Shown here: in pieces, positions 1-8,265 of the stretch
Numbering within the stretch: position 1 is the first letter of the stretch
How the letters are laid out: every line of letters starts with the position of its first letter
From: a virus
Taxonomy: Duplodnaviria; Caudoviricetes
Direction: 5' to 3' (one strand)
DNA length: 29,865 nt
IMG/VR virus record: IMGVR_UViG_3300033067_001429
Coordinates: 1 to 29,865 of that record
Notes under the pieces: generated by a model
Databases searched by the model: none
What the model saw: the letters and a program-made list of their open reading frames with translations, nothing else
What the model was told of the DNA's origin: nothing
Translations under genes and position numbers: made by a program

Positions 1-1
1 G

Positions 2-298
2 TCTGAATCTGGTGTGTCAATAGCAGACTTTAAATTGCTTGGAGTACACCAATCAATTTTGCATGGTCGTAAAGATCGTCCATTAACCAAGGTGTCTAGA
101 GAGACAGTAGAATGCTTGTTGAAGCACTTCCCAGACAGATACCATTCATTACCTGCCTATCAGAAACTGTTGAAATTAGCTGATCCGACGATTTATTGGG
201 ATACTATTACAGATTTAATTGATGGACATTCTGAAGTAATGGACTTTACTATTCCAAAAACATCGGCCTTCTGGTCTAATGGTTTTGATTCTCATAAT
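2..298 (+). mobile_element. C-terminal part of an intein in the large terminase
   Basis: IYWDTITDLIDGHSEVMDFTIPKTSAFWSNGFDSHN|T matches intein blocks F and G. The terminal His-Asn (cat aat, 293-298) is followed by a +1 Thr nucleophile. Confidence 0.9.
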
Positions 299-1738
299 AC
301 CAATGGTATCGGAGGCTGGTACTGGTCGACGATGACGGATGCCGAAGCCGGTCTTAATCAATTCCACCCAGTTATTATCAACTGGTGGGACATGGACTGG
401 GAGATCGAATACACCGATCCATTGTCTAAAGAGCACCGCCGAATTGCACCACGTGACGGTCTGGTCACATGTAATAACCAAGTAATTCATAGCAAGACAT
501 TTGGCGATGTAAGACTCGACCCGATCCGATATGGCCCATACTGGTCTCCGTGGCTTGAAGAACAGTATCGCGGTTTGCAAGAGCGCGGTGAAGGCTGGAA
601 ATTCAAGCAGGAAGTTTTGGCGTCATACGTCGGCTCTGGTAATACTGTTTTGGACGAAACGGTACTTGCCTATATGGGGACGACTGTAAAGGACCCGCCA
701 TTCATAGTTTCTGGCAATCAATCATATGTGAATCCGGTTAATGGAACCAGGGATACTCTTCCGTTCGACTTCAACGAGGCCGATGAAGGTTTCTGGATTT
801 GGGAAAAGCCGGTTTTGGCTGTGCCACAGAAGCGACGTGGTAGCGTGCTGGTCAGTCCCGGTTCTCCGGCTCACGCATACGTCATGGGTGTTGATATTTC
901 GACTGGTAAGTCGCGTGACTATTCCGCCATTGAAGTGTTTGATATTGACACTAGAGAGCAAGTTGCCGAGTTCATGGCACGGGTGAAGCCGCGTGAGTTG
1001 GCCAAATACATTGACAGAATTGGTAGATGGTATAATTGTGCCTTGACGGTGGTTGAACGTAACAATGGTGGCGATATTGTCATTGATATGTTACGCCATG
1101 AGATGATGTATCCCAGACTATGGCGTAAGAAGGATATTAATGATAAGCCGCAACCAGCTGGTGGCCGCAAGAGAAAGGCACGGGCCTTGAAAGTTGGTGC
1201 GTACGGGTTCTTTACTGGAACCGGTACCAAGGCTATGCTTAATAAGATTTTAATTGATTATCTGCGATCCAACCCTGAAGAAGGGTTCACCATACGCAGT
1301 AGGCGCTTGCTGAAGCAGTTCCACACGTACGTTCGCAAGCGTGATAGAGCTGGTCGCGACACGATGAAGACCGAGGCCGAAGAAGGTGCTGGAAACTTCG
1401 ACGACTTGGTGATGGGTAGCGGGCTGTCGCTGGTCGCAGTTAACGATGCCGTGATTGTGGATGCCAGTAATTTGGTTCCGACGGCTGGTGGTGGCGACTT
1501 TAAGGCCATGGTTGGTCCGACTATATTGTCGGACGAGACCAAGTTGAATACCATGGACGATTATGCCAGCAAGGGCGGCCCGTCTTTGTTGATGCCTATG
1601 TCTATGGCACCTATTGAATATCCAGATGTTGCTGCCTCGCGGCAACTGGATGATTTCACTATGCAGCTGGGGGCTATTCCGATAAGCCAGGGCAGGCCGC
1701 TCATAACTCCCAAGAAGTTCTTCTTCACTAGAGAATGA
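2..1738 (+). CDS. terL: Terminase large subunit (T4 gp17-like), 5'-truncated by the window edge, intein-containing
   Basis: The frame is open from the window start. The ATPase coupling-motif remnant (T)NGIGGWYW follows the intein. RNase H-like nuclease motifs: YVMGVDISTG..DYSA, EQVAEF, VVERNN, FDDLVM. It lies upstream of the portal. Confidence 0.92.
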   Translation, partial: SESGVSIADFKLLGVHQSILHGRKDRPLTKVSRETVECLLKHFPDRYHSLPAYQKLLKLADPTIYWDTITDLIDGHSEVMDFTIPKTSAFWSNGFDSHNTNGIGGWYWSTMTDAEAGLNQFHPVIINWWDMDWEIEYTDPLSKEHRRIAPRDGLVTCNNQVIHSKTFGDVRLDPIRYGPYWSPWLEEQYRGLQERGEGWKFKQEVLASYVGSGNTVLDETVLAYMGTTVKDPPFIVSGNQSYVNPVNGTRDTLPFDFNEADEGFWIWEKPVLAVPQKRRGSVLVSPGSPAHAYVMGVDISTGKSRDYSAIEVFDIDTREQVAEFMARVKPRELAKYIDRIGRWYNCALTVVERNNGGDIVIDMLRHEMMYPRLWRKKDINDKPQPAGGRKRKARALKVGAYGFFTGTGTKAMLNKILIDYLRSNPEEGFTIRSRRLLKQFHTYVRKRDRAGRDTMKTEAEEGAGNFDDLVMGSGLSLVAVNDAVIVDASNLVPTAGGGDFKAMVGPTILSDETKLNTMDDYASKGGPSLLMPMSMAPIEYPDVAASRQLDDFTMQLGAIPISQGRPLITPKKFFFTRE

Positions 1739-1763
1739 TGCTGCAGTATATAACATATGTCTA

Positions 1764-2390
1764 ATGCAGATAATCAAAAAAAGATTAAGAGAAAAACGCA
1801 AAGACGCTGGGTTATGTGTTTCGTGCGGAAAGGTGGCACCAAGGCCGCAGCATACTAGATGCGAAGAATGTGCCGGTAAGCATATTAGTGGCGGTAAACT
1901 ACGATATAAATCGATAAGGGAAAACGGTTGCTGTGCGATTTGTAAGAGGCCATCATTAGAGACTAACTGTGCCGAATGTAAAAGTAGGCATTTCCAAACT
2001 CAAAAAGATCTACGACAGCATAGGAAGAATAATGGTCTATGTTGCAAATGTGGTATTCCAATTATTAAATATGTCTATTGTGTTGGGTGTCGAAAAAAGA
2101 TTAAAAAATCAAATATTGTGGCCGTTAAGAAAGTTTATGAATACTATGGTGGTGCAAAATGCTCTTGCTGTGGGGAAACGCAGTTTTTGTTTTTAAGCAT
2201 TGACCATATCAATAATAATGGTGCGGAACATCGTCGAGAGCTTAAACATGGAAAATATACGACTGGTGTTGCGATGGCTAGGTGGTTAATTGCTAATAAT
2301 TATCCAGATGGATTTCAAATATTATGTATGAATTGTAATTTAGGAAAGCAGCGTAATGGTGGTATATGTCCGCATAAGGGTGTTCAATAG
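1764..2390 (+). CDS. HNH endonuclease with Cys-rich (CxxC) N-terminal repeats, probable free-standing homing endonuclease
   Basis: C-terminal CSCCGE...LSIDHINNNG...FQILCMNCN.GK. There are multiple N-terminal CxxC pairs, and it is an AT-rich insertion directly after terL. Confidence 0.85.
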   Translation: MQIIKKRLREKRKDAGLCVSCGKVAPRPQHTRCEECAGKHISGGKLRYKSIRENGCCAICKRPSLETNCAECKSRHFQTQKDLRQHRKNNGLCCKCGIPIIKYVYCVGCRKKIKKSNIVAVKKVYEYYGGAKCSCCGETQFLFLSIDHINNNGAEHRRELKHGKYTTGVAMARWLIANNYPDGFQILCMNCNLGKQRNGGICPHKGVQ

Positions 2391-2406
2391 TTTAGGACGC
2401 ATCGTT

Positions 2407-2754
2407 CTACGACGGTTTCAGATCTTTATTGAATATGTCATTGTATTCTGATAACGGAATCCACTCCCGATGGGTGTCGCATCCTGGGCAAATCCAATGT
2501 GTCCTGTTGAATTCCAGATTCTCTTCCAGAGTCGTAAAAAGGACCGCCGTCTCGAACATTGTTAAATCTCGATATTCTCTTCGAATTGTCTCGTTCGAGT
2601 GATCCCACCGCCACCGCTCCTCTATACAAGCACCACCGGTTCCATTATATCCGGTCACAACTACAAAAACATCCCACCAATGATTGGCACCGAACCATGA
2701 CCAACTCTCAGTAGACTTCCAATAATATTCTTTACCTTCGACTATTTCTGACAT
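2407..2754 (-). CDS. Hypothetical protein (Trp-rich, one CxxC)
   Basis: 115-aa ORF that ends a chain of overlapping - strand genes. No recognised family. Confidence 0.6.
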   Translation of the reverse strand: MSEIVEGKEYYWKSTESWSWFGANHWWDVFVVVTGYNGTGGACIEERWRWDHSNETIRREYRDLTMFETAVLFTTLEENLEFNRTHWICPGCDTHREWIPLSEYNDIFNKDLKPS

Positions 2755-3064
2755 TTTTAATCACTTTCGCTGCCTTATCGAGTGCCTCTGGGTCAGATAA
2801 ATCAATAAGTGAAAAGCTACAGCCGTCCACTATCAGTATTTCAATACATAGCATGATATTAACATCATGGTCGATCCACGCATTGCCGCCAGCCCATTCC
2901 AACTGGTAGATCAGATTCGGACGGTTTTCAGGGTAGTAGATTGGCCGTCTAGCGGTCGATGAGACTTTCAGATCTCGAACATGTCCAGTTACAAGTTCCT
3001 GCAGTCCAGACAGCACTGGAACATCGAACGCATCTCGACCATTTACGTTCTGGTATGGTTCCAT
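2732..3064 (-). CDS. DP-motif family protein
   Basis: C-terminal LIDLSDPEALDKAAKVI. Its ATG overlaps the upstream TGA (TGATG). Confidence 0.75.
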   Translation of the reverse strand: MEPYQNVNGRDAFDVPVLSGLQELVTGHVRDLKVSSTARRPIYYPENRPNLIYQLEWAGGNAWIDHDVNIMLCIEILIVDGCSFSLIDLSDPEALDKAAKVIKNVRNSRR

Positions 3065-3912
3065 CACCGAAACGATCTAAAAGTAAGACTTATTCGACAC
3101 CCGCATGGCTTGTCATGCTTGGGGATTTTGTGGAAGTGTGTATCCTGATATCCTGGTGCCATCACGAAGAGGCTACCGTTTTGCAATAAGAATCGTTGGT
3201 TGGCCGGAACGACACCTTTTTGGTCTTTGGGTTTTACCCAGATTTCTCGTTCCGCTCCATAAGAGCAGACGGCGATCGGTTGATCACTACGCATTCCTTC
3301 GAAGTCATCAGCATGCCATCCTAAATGCTGGTGCTGGTCGTCATATTTGTTCATGAAACAGACATTAAACTCTGCCCCTAATTGCTGATTGAGAGTCATT
3401 CTCAGCGAGTCAATTGTTTCTGTGAATGGTTTGCTATGGTATTCCGTATCACCAGCCGCACGATTGCCGTAAGAGTATGTGCGTGGGGTTTCAGACATGA
3501 AATACTCATGGCGGGCTGTTCTCTTGGTTTCCCAATCGAGGCCGAGCAGGTGCTCAAGCATATACTCTACATGCAATTCATTGAATTCTGGAGGGGCACT
3601 GTAGAATATTCCATCAACGTACTTGATCATCATAACCTTCTGAAGCTTTTCGTAAATTGTTTCGAACAGGTTTGGATCACTGATGCTTATCGTATAAGAA
3701 GAGTTATCCGAACCAAGCACACTATCAAATACGGCGATGACTACGTTTTCTCTCTGAAAAAACAGAGCCACGCTGTTGGTTGGAGATCGTAACTCTAGTG
3801 AGTTTGGTCTAGACGCTATACCGGCATATGAATGAGGGCCGTTGACAATATGCTTAGCGAAACGCTGGCGTATGTCGTTTATGATCAGTTCTTTGATAGT
3901 TTCTTCGGTCAT
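3064..3912 (-). CDS. AlkB-family 2OG-Fe(II) dioxygenase (ALKBH2/3-like) with an N-terminal DP-motif domain
   Basis: AlkB motifs: FNVCFMNKY, GWHADD (HxD), GSLFVM, HKIPK, RISLTFR. The first ~93 aa end in ISISDPNLFETIYEKL. Confidence 0.88.
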   Translation of the reverse strand: MTEETIKELIINDIRQRFAKHIVNGPHSYAGIASRPNSLELRSPTNSVALFFQRENVVIAVFDSVLGSDNSSYTISISDPNLFETIYEKLQKVMMIKYVDGIFYSAPPEFNELHVEYMLEHLLGLDWETKRTARHEYFMSETPRTYSYGNRAAGDTEYHSKPFTETIDSLRMTLNQQLGAEFNVCFMNKYDDQHQHLGWHADDFEGMRSDQPIAVCSYGAEREIWVKPKDQKGVVPANQRFLLQNGSLFVMAPGYQDTHFHKIPKHDKPCGCRISLTFRSFR

Positions 3913-4376
3913 TGTTTTGGCAATCTCTTATTGCCAATCACGGTCTTGCGATAAGCAATGATGGCTGGTAGAAGATTGGAAACTATTTCTTCGGCGGTGC
4001 TGACGACTTCTTCCATACTGTTGGCCCTATTGTTAGCCTCTGAGGTCACATATTCAATGAACTCTCGAGGCAATTCGCTTAAAGCTTCGGTCATTTCTTC
4101 ATCAAACTCTTTACTGGTCATTCTCTCCAGTTGCGGAGTGATGTCGTATTTGGACGACAGTCGGTAACCAACTTCACCGTTTTTGACGTACTGCGAGAAG
4201 ACTGCAACAGGTACTGTAACAGGATTCTTGCGAGATGTAGTCAGTTTGAAATGTTGAACCGCATCTTCGGCTACCGACTTGATGTCGTAGGTGTTAAAGC
4301 GGTTGTCTACCTGCACCTCCTTGAAGTATTCTCGACCATCTGGAAGCACAGCCTTATATAATTCTGCCTTAGCCAT
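3909..4376 (-). CDS. Hypothetical protein
   Basis: 155-aa ORF with an AGGAG Shine-Dalgarno upstream. Its stop overlaps the next start (ATGA). Confidence 0.7.
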   Translation of the reverse strand: MAKAELYKAVLPDGREYFKEVQVDNRFNTYDIKSVAEDAVQHFKLTTSRKNPVTVPVAVFSQYVKNGEVGYRLSSKYDITPQLERMTSKEFDEEMTEALSELPREFIEYVTSEANNRANSMEEVVSTAEEIVSNLLPAIIAYRKTVIGNKRLPKQ

Positions 4377-4412
4377 TATCGCTCCTGTATGATGTGACTC
4401 TACTCTAATACG

Positions 4413-4736
4413 CTACGTGCAGTCGCCGTAGAACCAGATGAATTCGATAATAGCATCGATAGCATCTGGATTTGACAGTTCTATCTCGAAAATACGCAGT
4501 TGATCAGACCACTCCATCGGATCTGACCCACACCATATACTAGCATGTACCATGGTTATAAGAACGTTGATCTTTTTGGCCGTGACCCATACCAAGCCCC
4601 TCGAACCATTCCACATCAATGTCTTGATACCACTGCCAATGCAATTTCCAATCAGATCCACGTTCTCGTAATTTAAATCGTAGAGTAGATTACGAATAGT
4701 ATCTAGTATGCAATCTTCAATATCAGTGTTCAGCAT
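4413..4736 (-). CDS. DP-motif family protein (NP variant)
   Basis: N-terminal helix EDCILDTIRNLL and C-terminal FEIELSNPDAIDAIIEFI. Confidence 0.7.
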   Translation of the reverse strand: MLNTDIEDCILDTIRNLLYDLNYENVDLIGNCIGSGIKTLMWNGSRGLVWVTAKKINVLITMVHASIWCGSDPMEWSDQLRIFEIELSNPDAIDAIIEFIWFYGDCT

Positions 4737-4764
4737 ATTTTCCAGTTCCGGCGATTAAACTATA

Positions 4765-6207
4765 CTAGTCGACATGCTTTGCTCCAGTACGCTTTAGAAC
4801 GTAGCATTCTTTTGGGCCACCAACGATCTTCTGATACTCAAAACGTTCTGCGAATTCGCTTTCTGTAAGTCGCAGATTTTGTGCGCGATTGTATAATGTC
4901 TTTTTGTGCATGATATATCCATCCTTATCCATATACCAATAATCTGGTGGTACAGTGTGATGGTGCTCCCATCCAGCGGCTTTATAAATGGTCCCGATAT
5001 GTCCGACAGTGGTATCGGCATATGAATAGATAGTATTTGGAATTGCCTGAGTTGTTTTGCTAAGGAACCAACTGGCGAAATTTTTCTTTTGATACGATGG
5101 GTGAATACAAAATCTCGAGCACTCTAGGGCTTTTTCGTCAAATTGTTGCAGAATGTTTTGTCGCAGTGGTTTTGAAAATAGTGCGACAGCTATAAGATTA
5201 TCACCTAAGAAGGCACCATATTTTATACCACCTCTGCCTGGGCCAAGATAATGATACAGATCAAGGAAATGTTTAGTCTCTTCGACCTTTTGCACACGGA
5301 CATCTTTAAAGTCGAAATCGACATGCGGTTGTGGAAGGCCGAGTAATGATCTTAGCCTAGAAATCACTCTGTTGTCCTGATAAAATTCTCTCTCCCAGAA
5401 ATATGCTATTTTGTATTGTGGAAAATACTTCGTAATATATGTGAACTTTTGCTTATCCCGCATCTGAGCGACTTTTAACGAGTGCCAATAATCACCTTGA
5501 CACTCTATTAATAAATTATTAGTTGGAATTAAACAGTCGAAACAATAATATCCAATTTTGGTCAATGGACCTTCTTTGTGATAATCAATATTCAAATCGT
5601 CCAATAATGTATACAGCATCTGTTGTATGCCAGAAATATTCTGCTGCTGATTGCTTCTAATGTCAGCCATCTTTTCGCGGTATGCTATAGTTTTCCAGCG
5701 TGCTCTAGCCTCTTTACTAATTGCTGACCTAATTTCATCAGAATTCATAATCAATTTGTGTTTCAGGCGGAAAGCCTCATTCTTCCACAATTCTATGGCG
5801 GAAGCCTTTACTTTGGCTTTTTCTGCTGGGTCCTTATATCGTTCTCTCAAGTAATGGCTCATATCAACATTTAGCATGGCCTTTTTCACAGCCGCACTGT
5901 GACGCTTCCTATAATCTATGTCTTTCCACAATTTTAACGAATTATTAGTTATATTAGCTGCATAATTGGTGTCTTCCCATTGTTTCAACAATTGTGCAGA
6001 AATTTCACTACTACGTTCTTTTCCGATGCATGAATAGCATTTCCATGTCATATCATTATTAATCACTTTAGACTTTACTCTGACAGTTATTGTCTCGCGT
6101 TTCTCACAATTATCACACTTACAAATAACCTTCGGCCTTTTCCCTTTCAGGTCTAGGCTACTTGTATATCCGAATTGTTTCTCAGTCTCTACCCAGTCAA
6201 TTGCCAT
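4765..6207 (-). CDS. Vsr/DUF559-like endonuclease fused to a Mom-like GNAT domain (Hef-like architecture)
   Basis: N-terminal CxC/CxxC and WxD/NxxY/FR helical repeats. Endonuclease motif FDCLIP...LIECQGDYWH...RDKQK...FWERE. C-terminal FLDLYHYLG, ECSRFC, NFASWFLS and SYADTTVGHIGTIYKAAGW, typical of Mom-family proteins. Confidence 0.8.
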   Translation of the reverse strand: MAIDWVETEKQFGYTSSLDLKGKRPKVICKCDNCEKRETITVRVKSKVINNDMTWKCYSCIGKERSSEISAQLLKQWEDTNYAANITNNSLKLWKDIDYRKRHSAAVKKAMLNVDMSHYLRERYKDPAEKAKVKASAIELWKNEAFRLKHKLIMNSDEIRSAISKEARARWKTIAYREKMADIRSNQQQNISGIQQMLYTLLDDLNIDYHKEGPLTKIGYYCFDCLIPTNNLLIECQGDYWHSLKVAQMRDKQKFTYITKYFPQYKIAYFWEREFYQDNRVISRLRSLLGLPQPHVDFDFKDVRVQKVEETKHFLDLYHYLGPGRGGIKYGAFLGDNLIAVALFSKPLRQNILQQFDEKALECSRFCIHPSYQKKNFASWFLSKTTQAIPNTIYSYADTTVGHIGTIYKAAGWEHHHTVPPDYWYMDKDGYIMHKKTLYNRAQNLRLTESEFAERFEYQKIVGGPKECYVLKRTGAKHVD

Positions 6208-6254
6208 AAAATGCCTTTACTGATGGACGTAAATATAATACATCGGAGAACAAT

Positions 6255-8189
6255 ATGCCTAGTAATTGGTTAGTATTCGACAGAATCCGAGCGATGACTC
6301 GGCAAGGTCGCGTACATCAGGTAGAACGAGTTTATCAAGATCAATCACAGCTGGATCGGTTGACGGCTGGTGGTGACTTCTTAGACTTTAATTCGCAATC
6401 TGCGATTTTAGATCAGACAAACCTCCAGATAAATCGCTTAGAGAGATATAAGGATTACGAGCTTATGGACAATACGGGCGAGATTTCTCTCGCCCTTGAC
6501 TTGTATGCGGATGAGGGGAGTCTGGTAGATCCGGAACGTAAGCATACGCTGATCATCCGTGCCCGTAACCGACGACTCAAACGAGAATTAGAAGATCTTT
6601 TCTTTAACGTTCTACAGTGGGATACTTATTGCCGCCCAACTATACGATACTTGTGCAAGTATGGCGATATGCCATATGAAATAGTTCTAGACCAGCACCG
6701 CAGCAGTGTCTCTGCACTGAAGTTTATGAATGTTTATAATTTTACCAGAGTGGAGACACGATTCGGAGACCTGATCGGTTTCTTCTACATGGATGCTCTG
6801 TGGCCGAAACCGCAGTTTCTGCATCCGTGGCAGACCATGCACTTACGGTTGACAAGCTTCGAAAACTTGTATCATCCGTATGGCAGGAGTATTATTGACG
6901 GGGGCCGTAAGGCTTTTAAGCAGTTGCGTCTGATGGAAGATGCGGCTCTGATTTATCGTATTACTCGTGCTCCTGAAAAGCGTAAGTTTACGATACCTGT
7001 TGGAAATATCGCTCCGATGGAAGTGCCTGGCTATATGCAGATGATTGCCAGAACTTTCAAACGGCAGCGGTTCTATAATCCGACTACTGGCTCATTTGAT
7101 GAACGATATTCTCCGCTTATTCAAGAGGATGACTTTTTTCTCCCTCGTCGTAGTGACGGTACCGGACCGGATATTGACACTTTGCCGGGCGGCGAGAATA
7201 TGGATAAGATTCAGGATATTGAGTACTTCAAGAAGAAGATGATTGCTCCTACCAAGATCCCGTTTGCCCGTGTGGGTATCGGTGAGGGTGGTGGTGAGGC
7301 TAGTGAGAAGTCGCTGTCCCAGTCGCACTCGGAATTTGCCAAGGCTGTGCAGTGGGTTCAGCGGGAGGTTGCTTCCGGTCTACGCAAGGTGGCTATTGTT
7401 CATTTGGCTCTGCGTGGCTACAGCATTGAGGATTTGAAGGGCTTTGAAATTGCCCTTACGGCTACCAGTGCCATGGAGGAACTGTATAGGATCGAGACGT
7501 GGCAGACCCGTGTGGGTGTTATGTCTGATCTGAAGGAGTTGGGATGGTTCCCCAAAGAATGGATTGTAACGCATTTTACTGATCTGTCTCCTGACGAAAT
7601 TGAAGAATTGAAAGACGCTGAAGAAACGGAATCGCAGGGTGGTGTTGGTGGCGGGATGCCTGGCGGATTGGATGTGCCTGGCGATGATATGCCTGAACCG
7701 CTTGGCGGAGATATGGACCCAACTCAGATGGAGCCTCCGCCTCCTGATGGTACTGTGCCGCAGGATGCTGAACCGTTGCCGCAACCACCTTTGGAAGGGT
7801 TTGATCAGGCGGCTGCTAATAGGTTGTTGGTGGAGATGCGTAAGGAGCGTTCGAAGGCTGCCAGAATCAAGCTGGTTGAACGTTGGGCAAAACGTGCTGG
7901 TAAGTTGTCTACTGCCGATGATCGCGAGTTTATAAGTGGTTTCGATCACTTATTGGAAAGCAAAGAATTGGATGGTCTGTCGATGACCGTTGTCTCGTCT
8001 TCAGACGCCATTCATGATCCGAATGATGACCATGGCTTGCTTGTGGAGTGGTCCGTTCCAACGGATCTTCGCAATGCGGCTATCAAGGAAGTTTTGGATG
8101 TTATCACTGTTGGTGGCATCGTCGAAGAAGACTTGGACGATGAGATCCAATTTAGTGATATTCCAACATCCACGATCAGTGGCTTGTAA
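6255..8189 (+). CDS. gp20: Portal protein (T4 gp20-like)
   Basis: QLRLMEDAALIYRITRAPEKR.F...VGN, EDDFFLPRR, IDTLPGG and DIEYFKKK motifs. GGAG SD. Acidic Pro/Gly-rich tail. Confidence 0.95.
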   Translation: MPSNWLVFDRIRAMTRQGRVHQVERVYQDQSQLDRLTAGGDFLDFNSQSAILDQTNLQINRLERYKDYELMDNTGEISLALDLYADEGSLVDPERKHTLIIRARNRRLKRELEDLFFNVLQWDTYCRPTIRYLCKYGDMPYEIVLDQHRSSVSALKFMNVYNFTRVETRFGDLIGFFYMDALWPKPQFLHPWQTMHLRLTSFENLYHPYGRSIIDGGRKAFKQLRLMEDAALIYRITRAPEKRKFTIPVGNIAPMEVPGYMQMIARTFKRQRFYNPTTGSFDERYSPLIQEDDFFLPRRSDGTGPDIDTLPGGENMDKIQDIEYFKKKMIAPTKIPFARVGIGEGGGEASEKSLSQSHSEFAKAVQWVQREVASGLRKVAIVHLALRGYSIEDLKGFEIALTATSAMEELYRIETWQTRVGVMSDLKELGWFPKEWIVTHFTDLSPDEIEELKDAEETESQGGVGGGMPGGLDVPGDDMPEPLGGDMDPTQMEPPPPDGTVPQDAEPLPQPPLEGFDQAAANRLLVEMRKERSKAARIKLVERWAKRAGKLSTADDREFISGFDHLLESKELDGLSMTVVSSSDAIHDPNDDHGLLVEWSVPTDLRNAAIKEVLDVITVGGIVEEDLDDEIQFSDIPTSTISGL

Positions 8190-8265
8190 ATCGCGTGGTT
8201 AACTTGTGGTTTTGTGTCAAAACTAGTAATAGTTACACGCGGCGATAGAATATCAGGAGTACGTA

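Noticed and set aside
164-200. KLADPTIYW in the terminase frame (and ESADPTIP in ORF 23947) as DP-family motifs
   Set aside because: The first is part of the intein block F region. Neither has the following FDKL-type helix or the family layout.
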